The notes under the pieces: generated by a model | What the model was told of the DNA's origin: nothing | What the model saw: the letters and a program-made list of their open reading frames with translations, nothing else | Database searches by the model: none | Translations under genes and position numbers: made by a program | Shown here: piece by piece, positions 18,330 to 32,100 of the stretch | Numbering within the stretch: the stretch's first letter is position 1 | Layout of the letters: every line of letters begins with the position of its first letter | Assembly (NCBI RefSeq): GCF_009914755.1 | Contig: NC_060947.1 | Direction: 5' to 3' (one strand) | Origin: the human T2T-CHM13v2.0 reference genome, Homo sapiens | DNA: 64,000 bases

Positions 18330-20070
18330 TACTTTCAACCAATACTTATTGATCATTCAAAATATTATAGGTGTCATGTAAAATAAAAATAAAAACATAA
18401 AATCAGACATGAATTCTCCCTTCAAGGTGCTTACAGTCAAGCAAGGGAGATGGCAATTCATTACTAAAAGAGAAGGTAGAATATGATGAGTATAATAAGA
18501 AGCATAGTGAGGAAAACGTTACAATAGAAGAAAAAAAGTTTGCTTTCACCTGTGAGGATCAAGGAAGGTTCTGTGAAAGATGTAGAATTTCTGCAGGTCT
18601 TTAAAGCTTTGAGCAATTAAAGACCAAACGACATATTTGGCAGACAGAAAACTGCATGGGAAAAGATGAAAAGGTACAGGAATAAAGGAAAGTGCAGGGC
18701 ATATTTGGAAACTAGTAGGCAGCATTATTTAGCTAAATTATTTGATACATGTATTGTTGTAGTTGAGGTAGGTCCTGAAGGATAGACAGTGGAGACCTTT
18801 AAGTATAAGCCTTAGGAAGTAGAACTCCTTACTCTAGGTAATAAGACTCACTGAAGTTTTCCAGCAGGGAGTGATGTGATAGCATTTTGCTTTAGAAAAA
18901 TTAATCTTTCAGAAGTATAAATGATAGATTTGAGAGTTTGAAATAGAAGCAGAAGGGAGGGTGTGGCGGCAATTAGGGAGCTTTTGTGATGGTCCATATG
19001 AGAGATATTACGGGTGTGAATTCAAGCAAAAGCAACACAAATGAAAAAGATAGAACAAATGTGAAAAATGCTTTCTGTAGGTACATCATGCAGACAACAT
19101 GCTTCTAAAATGCTGAACCTGGAGAACTGGGAGTATAGCAGTATCATTAATAGTGATGGAAAATACAAAAATAAACTAGTAGTTTTGGTAAATAAGAGAA
19201 TAGGAGGTAAATTTGGTTTATTTTAAATTTGTAGTGCTGGCAAAAGATGACCTGAAGCATGTGGAAAGGTATAACTGGTGTCCAGAGAGTTTTAGGCTGC
19301 ATAAATAGATGTCAAAAGCATCTGCATTTATTCACACAATTAACATTTAATGAATACCTAATATATATGGGGTATTGAAAGTATAAAGGTAAATACTATA
19401 CAGTCTCCTGCCTCAGGTAATTTTCTTATAGGAGAGAGAGACTAATCAAGAATTATAATTAAATATGGAAAGTTCAATAATTGTAGTTTGTATTAATGTA
19501 ATTATACAAACAGGGAACCTGATATATCTTGACAGAGTCAAAGAACAAGTCTGAAAAGAAGCTGACACATGGCCTGAGTTTTAAAGGATGAGGAAATATT
19601 TGCCAGATGGAGGCGCAATATTTTAAATGGAAGTAACAAAAAGAGAAAAGATATGAAGGCAGTTAACAGTGTGGTGTGTGTGAAAATCTTACCAGTGTTT
19701 GCTGGAACAAAAAGGAAAATGTGGGAGGTGCAAAACCAAATGTAGTTTAGGATTAATAAGTACACATTTTTGAAAACCAAAATAAGACACGGATTTATTT
19801 AGAAGTCAATGGAAAACAAATGAAAGCTTTTGTATACAAGGGTGATTTGATTAGATTTGTTTTAAAATATTAATACTGTAGAGGAATGTAGGATTAATTA
19901 GAGTGGGGGGAGATTGTAGATGGAGAAAATAGGAATCTACTTCTAAATTCCAAATAAAAATGAGGAGGACCTTAAACGAAGATATTAATGGTATAAATAA
20001 TGAAAATAGGGGACAGGTCAAAATTATATTATAGAGGGGGGATTGACTAGAGTTGATTGCTATGATGTGG
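18330..20070 (-). mobile_element. L2 fragments (two pieces)
   Basis: ttcaaccaatacttattga...ctcccttcaaggtgcttacagtc and a second start ttattcacacaattaacatttaatgaatacc near 19330; purine-rich L2-minus texture. Confidence 0.7.
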
Positions 20071-20141
20071 TGGGAAATCACAATCATACAGTTTATAACC
20101 ACATTGTTTAAATTACTTTTTTCTATACATCTTCCATGTAG

Positions 20142-20300
20142 GTTACACAACACATCTGACTACCAATTGACCTGAATCAGCCTCTCTTGCTAAACAAATA
20201 CTGTATTAGGTCTAAAAATAATTCCTCACCATAGTTATTGTCGACATGTGTATAGCTGTGACAGAATCATAGTTTACTTAGAATTCATGAAGAAATGTTT
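20142..20300 (+). pseudogene. Candidate pseudo-exon G, followed by an acceptor at 20359
   Basis: 159 bp, phase 0-0, acceptor cttccatgtag, donor TTT|GTAAGT, four stops. The next strong acceptor (tttgcag) opens NLGELALSNIVLNSPIVP* in phase 0, but the intervening intron is only 59 bp. Confidence 0.3.
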
Positions 20301-20729
20301 GTAAGTACAAAGTACTTTTTTCTTTCTTATTTCTTCTTTTGGTTTACTGTCATTTGCAGAACTTAGGAGAGTTGGCTTTAAGCAACATTGTGCTTAATTC
20401 CCCTATTGTTCCATAGACTGAGTCTAAATGGAATTCACTTTCAAATTTACTTGTTTTATCCAAGTCATAATTGCTTGACCTGTGAATCAAAAAAGTTGGC
20501 TATGATATACAATTAATGATTTCGTCTTGTATTTATGTGTATTTCTTTCGAAAGACCATTTAAAATAGTAAAATAGTGTACATGATCATTCAATCTCCAT
20601 CCCCCTCTCAATATGTACATATATAATGAATAATAGACTCACAGTAGCACACAATTTATCCATATTTATTGGGAATCACTGGAAATTAAGGCATTTTTCC
20701 ATGTTGAAGTTTTCCATGTTTTCTCTCTT

Positions 20730-21968
20730 TTTTAAAAAATGAATTGGTACATAATAATTGCGCATATATATGGGGTAGAGTGTAATGTTGCAATACATGT
20801 GTAAACTCTGTAATAATAAAATGAGGATAATTAGCATATTTATATCCTTAAACATTATTTCTTTGTGTTGGGAATATCCCATATCTTCTCTTCTAGCTAT
20901 TTAAAAATATAAACTACATTATAGTTAACTATATTCATCTGACTGTTTCATGCAATGAAACTCCAGAATTTATTCTTCCTATCTAACTGTGACATCGTGC
21001 TCATTGACCAGCCTTTCCCCATCCTTCTCCCTATGATATGGTTTGGCTCTGTGTCCCCATCCAAATCTCACGTCGAATTGTAATCCCCACGTGTTGGGGG
21101 ACAGGCCCAGTGGGAGGTGATTAATCATAGGGGCGGTTCCCCCTAGCTGTTTTCGTGATAGTGAATGAGTTCTCATGAGATCTGGTTGTTTAAAAGTGTG
21201 TAGCAGTTCCCCCTTTGCTCTCTCCTGCTCCGTCATGGTAAGATGTGTTTGCTTCAGTTTCTCCTTCTGCCATGATTGTAAGTTTCCTGAGGTCTCCCAG
21301 CCATGCTTCACATACAGCCTGTGGAATTGTGAGTCAATGAAATCTTTTTCTTCATAAATTACCCAGTGTCATGTATGTCATAGCAGTGCGAGTACAGACT
21401 AATACACCCTACCTTCTCTAACCACTATTCTAATTTCTATTTGTATAAGATAAACTTTTTAAGATTCTACATATGAATGAGATCATGTGGTATTTGTCCT
21501 CCTGTGCAAGATTTATTCCACTTAACATAATGTTCTCCAGGTTTAGCCATGTTGTTACAAATGACAGGATTTTGTTCTTTTGTATAGCTGAATAGTATTC
21601 TAATATATATATTATATATTACATATATATAATATATATATCACATTTTCTTTGTCCATTTATATGTTGATGGACACTTAGGTTGGTTCCATATCTTAGC
21701 TATGTGAATAGTGCTGCAATAAACATAGCCTCACCACAGTTAGAATAGTTATTATCAGAAAGTCAGAAAATAATAAATGCTGGCAAGGATGTGAAGAAGG
21801 GGGAACTCTTACACACTGTTGGTGGGAAGGTAAATTAGTACAGCCACTATGGAGAACAATATGAAAGTTCCTCAGAAAACTACAAATTGAACTCCCATAT
21901 GATCCAGCAATCCCACTAGTGAATATATATCCAAAGCAAAAGAAATTAGTATGTTGAAAATATACCCA
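20730..21968 (-). mobile_element. L1MA-like 3' end with inverted 5' part (21728-21968 in plus orientation)
   Basis: Minus 3'UTR (ttggtacataataattg..., gttggttccatatcttagct) switches to plus ORF2 end (cctcaccacagttagaatag...). Confidence 0.75.
21034..21406 (+). mobile_element. THE1D/MSTA-like MaLR solo LTR
   Basis: tgatatggtttggctctgtg...actaataca; perfect 5-bp TSD cccta. Confidence 0.9.
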
Positions 21969-22309
21969 AGTGAATTTTATCTTTTATAGCTGAAGCACTC
22001 TTTCAGTTTGGCTTATTTACTTTAACCATTTGGGGCTTCTTAAACCTATTTTATGCTCTTGGGCTTGCTGTATAGAGGAAAAAAGGTACATAATTCAGTG
22101 CTTTCCTAATAGCCTCAAATTATTGCTTTAACATTAATTATTACAGTATTTATGAGACTCAAAGGAACTACTGAAAAATGAGATATTTGTTGGAGCTGGA
22201 CCTTATTAAATGGATAAATTTTTAAAACGATACATTTGATTTAGTTTTAGTTTTTCTGGTTTCCTTTCCTAACAAGGTGTTAATCATTATTTATCCATTT
22301 AATAAGGTC

Positions 22310-24146
22310 CAGCTTTACATTTAACTCTTTAATCCATCTTGAGCTACTTCTTGTTTATGGTATAAGAAAGGGGTCTGGTTTCAATTTCCTTCATATGGCT
22401 AGCCAGTTATCTCAGAGCCACTTATCAAATAGAGAATCCTTTCACTATTGCTTGTTTTTGTCAGGTTTGTTGAGGATCAGATGGTTGGAGATGTGCGATC
22501 TTATTTCTGGGTTATCTATTCTGCTCCGTCGGTTTGTATGTCTGTTTTTGTACCAGTACCATGTTGTTTTGGTTACCGTGTCCTGTAGTATAAAGTCAGG
22601 TACTGTGATGTCTCCAGCTTTGTTCTTTTTGCTTAGGATTGCCTTGGCTATTCTGGCTCTTCTTTGCTTCCATATGAACTTTGAATTTTTTTTTCTAGTT
22701 CTGTGAAGAATGTCAATGGTAGTTTCATAGGAATAGCATTGAATCTATAAATTGCTTTGGGCAGTATGGCCATTTTAACGATATTGATTCTTCCTGTCCA
22801 TGAGCATGGAATGTCTTTCCATTTGTTTGTGTCATCTCTGATTTCTTGAGCAGTTGTTTGTAGTTCTTCCCATTTTAGCTGTATTCCTATGTATTTTATT
22901 ATTTCTGTGGCAAATGTGAATGGAAGTTTGTTTCTGATTTGGCTCATGGTTTGACTGTCGTTAGTGTATAGGAATCCTAGTGATTTTTCTACATTGATTT
23001 TTTATCCTGAGACTTTGCCGAAGTTGTTTATTAGCTTAAGAAGCTTTTGGACTGAGACTATGGGGTTTTCTAGATATAGGATCATGTTGTCTGCAGACAG
23101 GGATAGTTTGACTTCCTCTCTTCCTATTTGAATGCCCTTTATTTCATTGTCTCCCCGGATTGCCCAGGCCAAAAAATTCAACCCTATTTTGAATATGAGT
23201 GGTGAGAGAGGGCATCCTTGTCTTGTGCCAGTTTTTAAGGAGAATGCTTCCAGCTTTTTTCAGTATGATGTTGGCTGTGGGTTTGTCTTACATGGCTTTT
23301 ATTATTTTTTGTTTTCATTCAATGCTTAGTATATTGAGAGTTTTTTTTAACATGAATAGATGTTGAATTTTATCAATAGCCTTTTCTACCTCTATTGAGA
23401 TAATTATGTGGTTTTTGTCTTTAGTTCTGTTTATGTGATGAGTCACATTTTTTTGATCTGCATATGTTGGACCAACCTTGCATCCTAGAGACAAAGCCTA
23501 GTTGACCATGATGGATAAGCTTTTTGATGTGCTGCTGGATTTGGTGTGCTAGTATTTTGTTGAGTATTTTTGCACCGATATTCATCAAGGATATTGGCCC
23601 AAAGTTTTTTTGTTGTTGTTGTTGGATGTCTGCCAGGTATTGGTATCAGAATGATGCTGACCTCATAGAATGATTTAGGGAGGAGTCCCTCTTCCTCTAT
23701 TTTTGGAATAGTTTCAGTAGGAATGGTAAGAGCTCTTCTTTGTACATCTGGTAGAATTCGTCTATGAATCTGTCTGGTCCTGGGCTTGTTTTCATTAATA
23801 GGCTATTTATTAATTACTGCCTCAATTTCAGATCTTATTTTTGGTCTGTTCAGGGATTTAATTTCTTCCTGGTTCAGTCTTGGAAGAGTGTATATGTTCA
23901 GGAATTTACCCATTTCCTCTAGAATTTCTAGTTTATGTGCATAGAGATGTTCATAAGATTTTCCAATGGAACTCTATTAAAAACTGAGCAAAGGACATTA
24001 GTAGACACTTTTCAAAAGAAGACATACACGTGGCCAATGATCATATGTAAAAAAGCTCAACATCACTGATCACAAGAGAAATGCAAATCAAAACCACAGT
24101 GACATATCATCTCACACCAGTCAGAATGGCTATGATTAAAAAGTAA

Positions 24147-24177
<31 letters not shown>

Positions 24178-24848
24178 GATGCTGGTGAGGTTGTGGGATA
24201 GAAAGAATGCATATAGCCTGTTAGTGGAAGTGTAAATTTGTTCAACCATTGTGGAAGACAGCGTGGCGATTCCTCAAAGACCTAAAGACAGAAATACTAA
24301 TCGACCCAGAAATCCCATTACTGGGTGTATACCCAAAGGAATATAAATATTTCTATTATAAAGACACTTGCACACATATGTTCATTGTAGGACTATTCAC
24401 AATAGCAAAGACATGGAATCAACCTATATGTCCATCAATGATAGGCTAGATAAAGGAAATGTGGTACATATACACCATGGAATACTATGCAGCCATAAAA
24501 AGGAATGAGATAATGTCCTTTGCAGGGAAACTTATTGAGCTGGAGAACATTACCCCAAGCAAACTAAAGCAGGAACAGAAAACTAAATATCACATGTTCT
24601 CACTTGTATATGGGAGCTAAATGATGAGAATACATGGACACATAGAGAGGAGAAACACACACTGGACCTATAGGAGGGAGAAGGCTCCGAGGAGGGAGGG
24701 GATCAGGACAAATAACTAATGGGTGCTGGGCTTAATACCTGGGTGATGAAATAAACAGTATAACAAACTCCAGTGACACAGCTTTACCTATGTAACAAAC
24801 CTGCACATGTACCCCTGAACTTAAAATAAAAGTTAAAAACAAAAACAA
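22310..24848 (+). mobile_element. 5'-inverted L1 (about L1PA13)
   Basis: Minus ORF2 piece 22310-23968, plus piece from about 23975 with roughly 300 bp lost at the junction; 3'UTR gggatcaggacaaataactaatggg; (AAT)n inside at about 24148-24177. Confidence 0.88.
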
Positions 24849-25040
24849 ATACCTTTGCTTTGTGTCTAAAGTGAAAGTTAATCTGATCCAAGTAAGGGCC
24901 AAAAGGGCTTGCTTATATGTAAAGCACAATAATCATAGTGCTTGGATTCTGGCTTATGTGCACTAGTGGGCCCACACCTAGACTAGATGGGTGCAGAATG
25001 AGGTTTCAGTCCTTCTGTGGTGTACTGGAGCTGAAGCTTC

Positions 25041-25276
25041 TGTTATTCTAACCCCGTTAGTGATATAATTATAAAAACGTCAAGACTGAGACTGAGGGAT
25101 CTAATACAGAGACCCTCATTGCATTAGGAGCCAACTGATTTAGGCACTAGATTATTTGTTATTCTATATTTCTAACCCCATTGGTGATATAATTATAAAA
25201 ACGTCAAGTCTAGGAATGAAGGATCTAATACAGAGACCCTCATTGCATTGTGAGCCAATGGATTTAGGCACTAGAT
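25041..25276. repeat. Diverged two-copy tandem duplication (about 112-120 bp unit)
   Basis: 25041-25152 versus 25157-25276; about 11 mismatches counted plus an 8-bp indel. Confidence 0.9.
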
Positions 25277-25578
25277 AGTCATAAGCCTTTTATAAATCTA
25301 TAAAATAATTATGAAGACAAAACAGACACACCTGTGCACACCCTCACACATGAATGTTTTCCAGGTTCTTAATAAAAGTACTAATAAAAGGTAGAGATTT
25401 AAAATAATTGGGACTTAAGAGACATAGATTTTTCTCTAGACCTTTTTCTTGTCCTCCGTAGATCTCAATATTGCAAAATATAAATAAGAGGGTTAGGCTA
25501 GATAAGCCCTAAGTTGCTTCTGGCTCTAACATTCTGAGTGTCTGTAGTTGTATAAAGACTTATAGAAATGCGCAATCC

Positions 25579-25878
25579 TTTTTTTTTTTTTTTTCTGCGA
25601 CAGAGTCTTACTCTGTTGCCCCAGGCTGGGGTGCAGTGGCGTGATCTCTGCTCACTGCAACCTTGACTTCCTGGGCTGCAGAGATCCTCCTGCCTCAGCC
25701 TCCTGAATAGCTGGGACTACAGGTGTGCACCACTACCCCTGGCTAATTTTTGTATTTTTTGTAGAAACTGGGTTTCACCATGTTTCCCAGGCTGGTATTT
25801 GACTCCTGGGATCAGGCAATCGCCTACCTTGGCCTTCTAAAGCATTAGGATTACAGGAATGAGCCACCATGCCTGGTC
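25579..25878 (-). mobile_element. AluJ
   Basis: Alu dimer with polyT on the left; TSD aaatgcgcaatc / aaatgcccaatc. Confidence 0.92.
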
Positions 25879-26464
25879 ATAAATGCCCAATCTTTGAACC
25901 CAAAACACATTTTGCATTATCAAGTTTGATGTTTTGATTTGAATTTTTCTCCTTTTAAACTGAATGACTAAAACATAAAAAGAAAACCTTTCAGAAACCA
26001 GCTTTAGATCAGTGTGGCTTAATTAACCTATCAAAGAAACTTGTCCATTACTTTAATTTGCTTTGAAGGCCAAAGGTACTAACTAGACTGATTGTGGAAA
26101 ACATTTGAGTGGAACCAATGAATAATGTGGTGCAGTTTGATTGGCAGTAAAACAAAATTCATATGGTGGCCTGCAAAATTGAGATATTTGGTCAAATGTC
26201 TTATTTGCATTATAAGCAACTGGAGGATAAGGCAATTGTAATTTTATAAATGATATACCATGTATCAAAGAAAACACTAGAAGAAAAACCTAGTAAAATA
26301 GAAGCCTTTGCAGTTTTTCAATATTCCTTGGATTGAAAACGTTTCTAAAATAACTCTAAAGAAATCTGACCAAATGATTTTGAAAATATATGTTCTCCAT
26401 TCTCTGGGCAGAACTAAAACTCAAATTAAGATAATGCATCATTTAGTCTCAAGTGATTGCAAAA

Positions 26465-26730
26465 TAACTACAAATAGTGGTTAGTATTTATTGAGCACTT
26501 ACGATTCATTGGTTATTGTCCTAAGTGCTTCAAATCTATTTATTTATCCTAATGGCCCAGTATGGAAGGTGGTAGTATTTTCCTGACTTTAGAAGTAAGG
26601 CAATGGAGGCACAATAAGGTCAGTAAATTGCCCAAGATCAAATGCCTAGTAAGTGGTAAAGGCAACACTTGAGCTCTTCAATATTTCTTACTGAGAAAGC
26701 TGATGCTTTTATTTATCACTCTACACTGTC
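26465..26730 (-). mobile_element. MIR
   Basis: tatttattgagcacttac...gaggcacaataaggtcagtaaattgcccaagatcaa. Confidence 0.75.
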
Positions 26731-26848
26731 ATAGTTAGATTAACTAAATTTAACATTGTGTTTAGATAATTAATATTCTGTTTTAGCAAACTAGAAGTGT
26801 AAATGAGACAGAAAGAAGAATATTTATCTTACTTAAAAGTAAGCTGTC

Positions 26849-27243
26849 CAAGTGTTCTCATTGTTCAATTCCCACATATGAGTGAGAACATGCGGTGTTT
26901 GGTTTTTTGTTCTTGCAATAGTTTGCTGAGAATGATGGTTTCCAGCTTCATCCATGTCCCTACAAAGGACATGAATTCATCCTTTTTTATGGCTGCATAG
27001 TATTCCATGGTGTATATGTGCCACATTTTCTTAATCCAGTCTATCATTGATGGGGGGAGGGGGGAGGGAAAGCATTAGGAGATATACCTAATGTAAATGA
27101 CAAGTTAATGGGTGCAGCACACCAACATGGCACATGTATACATATGTAACAAACCTGCACATTGTGCATATGTACCCTAGAACTTAAAGTATAATAATAA
27201 TAATAATAAAAAGAAAAAAATAAAAAATAAATAAAAAGTGAAA
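26849..27243 (+). mobile_element. Short 5'-inverted L1 (about L1PA6-7)
   Basis: Minus piece 26849-27050, plus 3'UTR and A tail; exact 14-bp TSD aaaagtaagctgtc (26835-26848 / 27244-27257). Confidence 0.93.
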
Positions 27244-28124
27244 AAAAGTAAGCTGTCTTAAATGCATCATTTATTTGCAAGTCACCAATTAGGTCAATCA
27301 TAACTGTCTTATCTGTTTCTTGAACTAGGATTTTGTAGAACTTATACATAAAATTTTTAAATAAAAATGCAATTATGTGTATATATATATACACATATAT
27401 ATCGGAAAGCTATCTGCATATAACTATGTCTTTCTATTTATCTATCTACCTAGCTATCTGTTTCATTTCAAATTGCTATAATTTAGTCTTTCTTGCTAAT
27501 TCAAATTGGTTTTAGCTTGGTACCCAGCATTGGTAGTTTCTAATATGCATTATCCTTTATTAAAATGGGATATTTTTCTTATTGAGAATATTTTTCCTTC
27601 CACTCCGTTGAAGCAAATTTGGATACAATAAATTCATCTATTTTATGAATACAGTTAGAATTCAGGCAGAGTAAATTATTGGCAATATTTTAGCACCAAA
27701 ACAGGATACAGTCAGGAGCCCTTCTTACTAATAAATAAAATTGTGTTTCTATTATTTATACATCAATAAAAACTATCAATCACACAATAATGACCAACAA
27801 TTTCAAGGATCTCTAGTCTCCACAAGAGATGATCTTGTTCAAATTTTGTGGTGCTATGCTCTGGATAGAGTATATGCAGGATCCTTCCAGAAGAGAAGAG
27901 GGATCACTAGTGTATCACAAGAGCCTCAGTGTCTGACATATAATAGGCTTTCAATAAGAAGTAGTTCTTGGATGAATTAATGGAATGAGTTATTAATAAT
28001 AAAAATAATGTTAAAAAACAGTGTATAAACAAATAGACACATTTCTGCAGAAGGGTTTTTGAGAATGAAGCCCAATGACTAGAGATTAATGATAGATTTT
28101 CCATAAAAGTTACCTGCAGAGGCA

Positions 28125-30898
28125 TCTAAATTGGAAAGGAACAAGTAAAATTATCTCTGTTTGCAGATGACATTATTTTATATATAGAAAACTATAAAGA
28201 TTCTACCCTGAAAAAACTGGTAAAACTAATACAAATTCAACAAAATAGCAGGATATAAATATAGCACCCAGAAATCAGTTCCATTTTGGTACACTAACAA
28301 TGAGCAATTCAAATCTGAGTTAAAGAAGTAATTCCATTTAAAATATCATCAAAAATAATAACATACTTAAGAATAAACTTAACCAAGAAATCAAAATCTT
28401 ATAAACTGAAAACTACAAAACATTGCCAAAATAAATTGTAAAATACAGAAATAATGGAAAAAAATATGTATTAATGGGTTGCAAGACTTAATATTGTTGA
28501 TATGTCAATACTACCCAAAGCTATTTACAGATTTAATCCAATTCCTATCAATGTCTCAATGAGGTTTTTTGAATAAATACGAAAATCCATCCTAAAAATC
28601 AAACAAAATCTCAAGGGATTCCAAATAACCAAGAAATCTTGAGAAAGAACAAAGTTGGATGTTTCACATTTTCTGATTTAAAAACATACATCATAGCTAT
28701 AGTAATCAAAATAGTGTACTACCAGTATAGAGACACACATAGACGAATTGAATAGAATAGAGAGTCCAGAAATACACCCTTGCATATATGTTCAAATGAT
28801 TTTTTTAAAAATCATGTTTGAGACTATCAAAAAGATAGTCTCTTCAACAAATGGTGTTGGGAAAACTGTTATACACAACAGAATACCATTCAGCAATAAA
28901 AAGAAATCCTTCCATTCATGGCATCACCGATGGTCTGGAGTACGTTAGGTTAAGTTAAATAAGACAGTAACAGAAAGTTAAACACTATGTATGTTCTTAT
29001 ATCTGAAAGCTAAAAAAAAGTTGATCTCAGAGATGTAAACAGTAGAAAAGAGTTAACTAGAGGCTGGTACCTCCTAGAGGTAGGAGGATATTGAATGTTT
29101 CCAACACAAAGAAATGATAAATGTTTGAGATGATGGATATGCTAATTACTCAGATTGTTCACTATACATTATATGTATCAAAACATCACTGTGTACCTCA
29201 TAAATATGCACAATTATTAGATGTCAGTTAAAAATAAAATAAAGATTATGAACATATTCAAGGCCCCCAAGAAGTTTCCTCATGCCCCTTTATAATAAAT
29301 TATTTGTTTATTACCCTTTCTCCCATCACTCTATCCCTAGGTAACTCATAATCTGCTTTCTGTCAACATGAGTTAGTATGCATTTTCTAGAATTTGTTAT
29401 GAATGTAATCATATAGTATGTATTTCTTTTGTCTGGCTTCCTTTTCTCAGAACAGTTGTTTTACAATTCATTCATTTCATTGAGTGAATCAATATTTTAT
29501 TCCTTCTTTACTGCTGAGAGAATTTCGTTGAATGGAAATGCCCCAATTTATTTATCCATTAACTTGCTGATGGACATTTGGATTGTTTTCAATTTTCATC
29601 CATTACAAATAAAGCTGCTATGAACATTTGTGTACAAGTGTTTGTATGAGCATATATTTTTATTTATCTTGGGTAACTATAATAAATACCTAGGAGTGGA
29701 ATGGCTGGGTTATAGAGTAGGCACATGTTTATCATTTTAAGAAACCATATAACTGTTTTCAAACTGTTTCATTTCACATTACTGTCTTCACTAATAAAAT
29801 GACTTTTTTAAATGTAAAAAGGAATGAAGTTGGAACCTCATCTTACACCATATACAAAAATTAGCTGAAGCTGGATCAAAGACCTAAATGTAAGAGCTGA
29901 AATTATAAAACTGTTTAAATAAAACATAGTGTGAATGTTTTATGACATTGGGTTTGGTAATAACTCCTTGGATATATCAAAAGATGCACAAACAACAAAA
30001 GGAAAAATAAAGGAGCTGGACCTCATCAAAATTAAAACTTTTTGCATAAAATGGAACTATCACCAGAATGAAACAGCAATTCATGGGATCAGAGAAAATA
30101 TTTTCAAATCATATATCTGAAAAGGGATTGATATCCAGAATACATGAAGAATGCCTATAACTCAGCAACAAGAAAACAATCCTATTGAAAAATAGACAAA
30201 ATAATTGAATAGACATTTGTCCAAATACTGTATACAAATGGAGAATGAACTCATGAAAAAAATGTTTAATATCATTAATCATTAGAGAAATGTAAAATAA
30301 AACCTCATTAGTAATTTACAACCATTAGAATGGCTATTATAACAATTAATAAATCAATAACAGAAAATACAAAGTATTGGCAAGAATGTGGAGAAATTGG
30401 AATCCTTGTGCATTGCTGGCAGGAATGTAAAATGATGCTACTGCTGTGAAAAACAGCATGGCTATTCCTCAAAAAATTAAACATAAATTACCATATGATG
30501 TAGCAATTTATCTTTTGAGTATATGTCCAAAAGAAATGGAAGCAGAAACTCAAATACATACTTATATGCCTGTGTTCATAAGAGCATTATTCACAATAGC
30601 AAAAAATGGAAGCAATCCAAGTTTCTATACAAGAATGAACAGACTAAGATGTGGTATATATAATATCCACATCTTAACATATGTAATATATATGAATATT
30701 ATATATATTATATATATGAATATTATTCAACCTTATAAGGGAAGGAAATCCTCACAGATACTACAAAATGGATGAGGCTGAAAGACAGTATACTAAGTGA
30801 AATCAGATAGTCACATAACAACTGGCAGTATTCTCCAAGTCAATATAGAAGTACATACATATATGTGTTTGTTATCTATATGGATATGGAGATATATA

Positions 30899-30968
<70 letters not shown>

Positions 30969-31240
30969 TGTGTAATATCATTTTATCTTATGTGAACTCC
31001 CCATTCTACCCTCACTCCATTCCCTGGCAACCACCATTCTACTGTCTCTATGAATTAAAGAGTAGTGTTGAACAGGTATAGAGTTTCAGTCAGGAAAGAT
31101 GAAAAGGTTCTGGAGTTGGATGATGGTGATGGTTGCATAACAGTGTGAATGTACTTAATGGGCCATAGAATCGAAGTCTTAAAATGATAAATTTTATGTT
31201 ACATATATTTTATCACTTTAAAAAATATATTTTTAAAAAG
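28125..31240 (+). mobile_element. Old L1M (L1MB-like) ORF2/3'UTR with nested L1MA 3' end (about 28871-29245) and a minus-strand L1M fragment (about 29250-29780)
   Basis: Degenerate ORF2 text (tctgtttgcagatgacatt) resumes near 29815 after the nested pieces and ends in an L1MB-like 3' end. Confidence 0.75.
30893..30968. repeat. Compound microsatellite (TG)n(TA)n(GA)n
   Basis: Seen directly. Confidence 0.95.
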
Positions 31241-31924
31241 TTACCTGAAGACAAGCAGAGAGTGGCACAGAAATCAGTTCCAAGCTCTGTAACCTATAAA
31301 CCTATATGATCACAGCTCAAGCACTTACTATCCTTTGTAAAGCCTTATTTTGTTGGTGCTTTGCATTTTGATGTTGCTTTCAGCTTTGTGTGACATCCTG
31401 AAGCTGGGTGAAAATTCTCATACTAACAATCTCCAGTCGTAACAAATGCTCCTACCTGAGTTTGTATGACTGCGTTTTTTAACAGCATTTTCATTGTACC
31501 CCGATTTGTTTTATTTTTGACCTCCTACAAAGTCCCCAGAAGATAATTTGTCAATACCCACTGCTTTCTATTTGTGATGACAATCAAACTAGCCTAAGAA
31601 ACACAATTTGTGACTTAGTAAATGATCCATGATGTACTTAAGATGTAGTCTGCCACTTTGTACAAAAAATGGTCCAATTTTTGTGAAGAGGAACATAAGC
31701 TAACATGATATTATACATCTCTCCATATATATATATATATATAGACTCGGAGAATACTGCCAGAACTTTAGAGCATTCATGAAAAACTATCACTGACTTT
31801 GTTTATATAATTTTTACTGTGATATTATCCACAGGCATATTAACTGTTACCACTTTTAAATGTCCAAAATTTATATTTTAGACATAACAAAGATAAAAAA
31901 ATACCTGTTCAGAAAAAGAAAAAA

Positions 31925-32100
31925 CCTATGTGATCTTAGGCAATTCACTTTCACTAGCTATTTTATCTCTCTGAATTTATTTCATTATTTTTGAAATTAG
32001 AATCATTTTAGCACCTAATTTATACACTGTTTTGAGAATTAAATGAAATAATACAAGTGTTTAGCACAATATTTGGCACATGGATGCTTGATAATGTGGG
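31925..32100 (+). mobile_element. MIR
   Basis: atgtgatcttaggcaattcacttt...gagaattaaatgaaataatac...tttggcacat. Confidence 0.65.
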
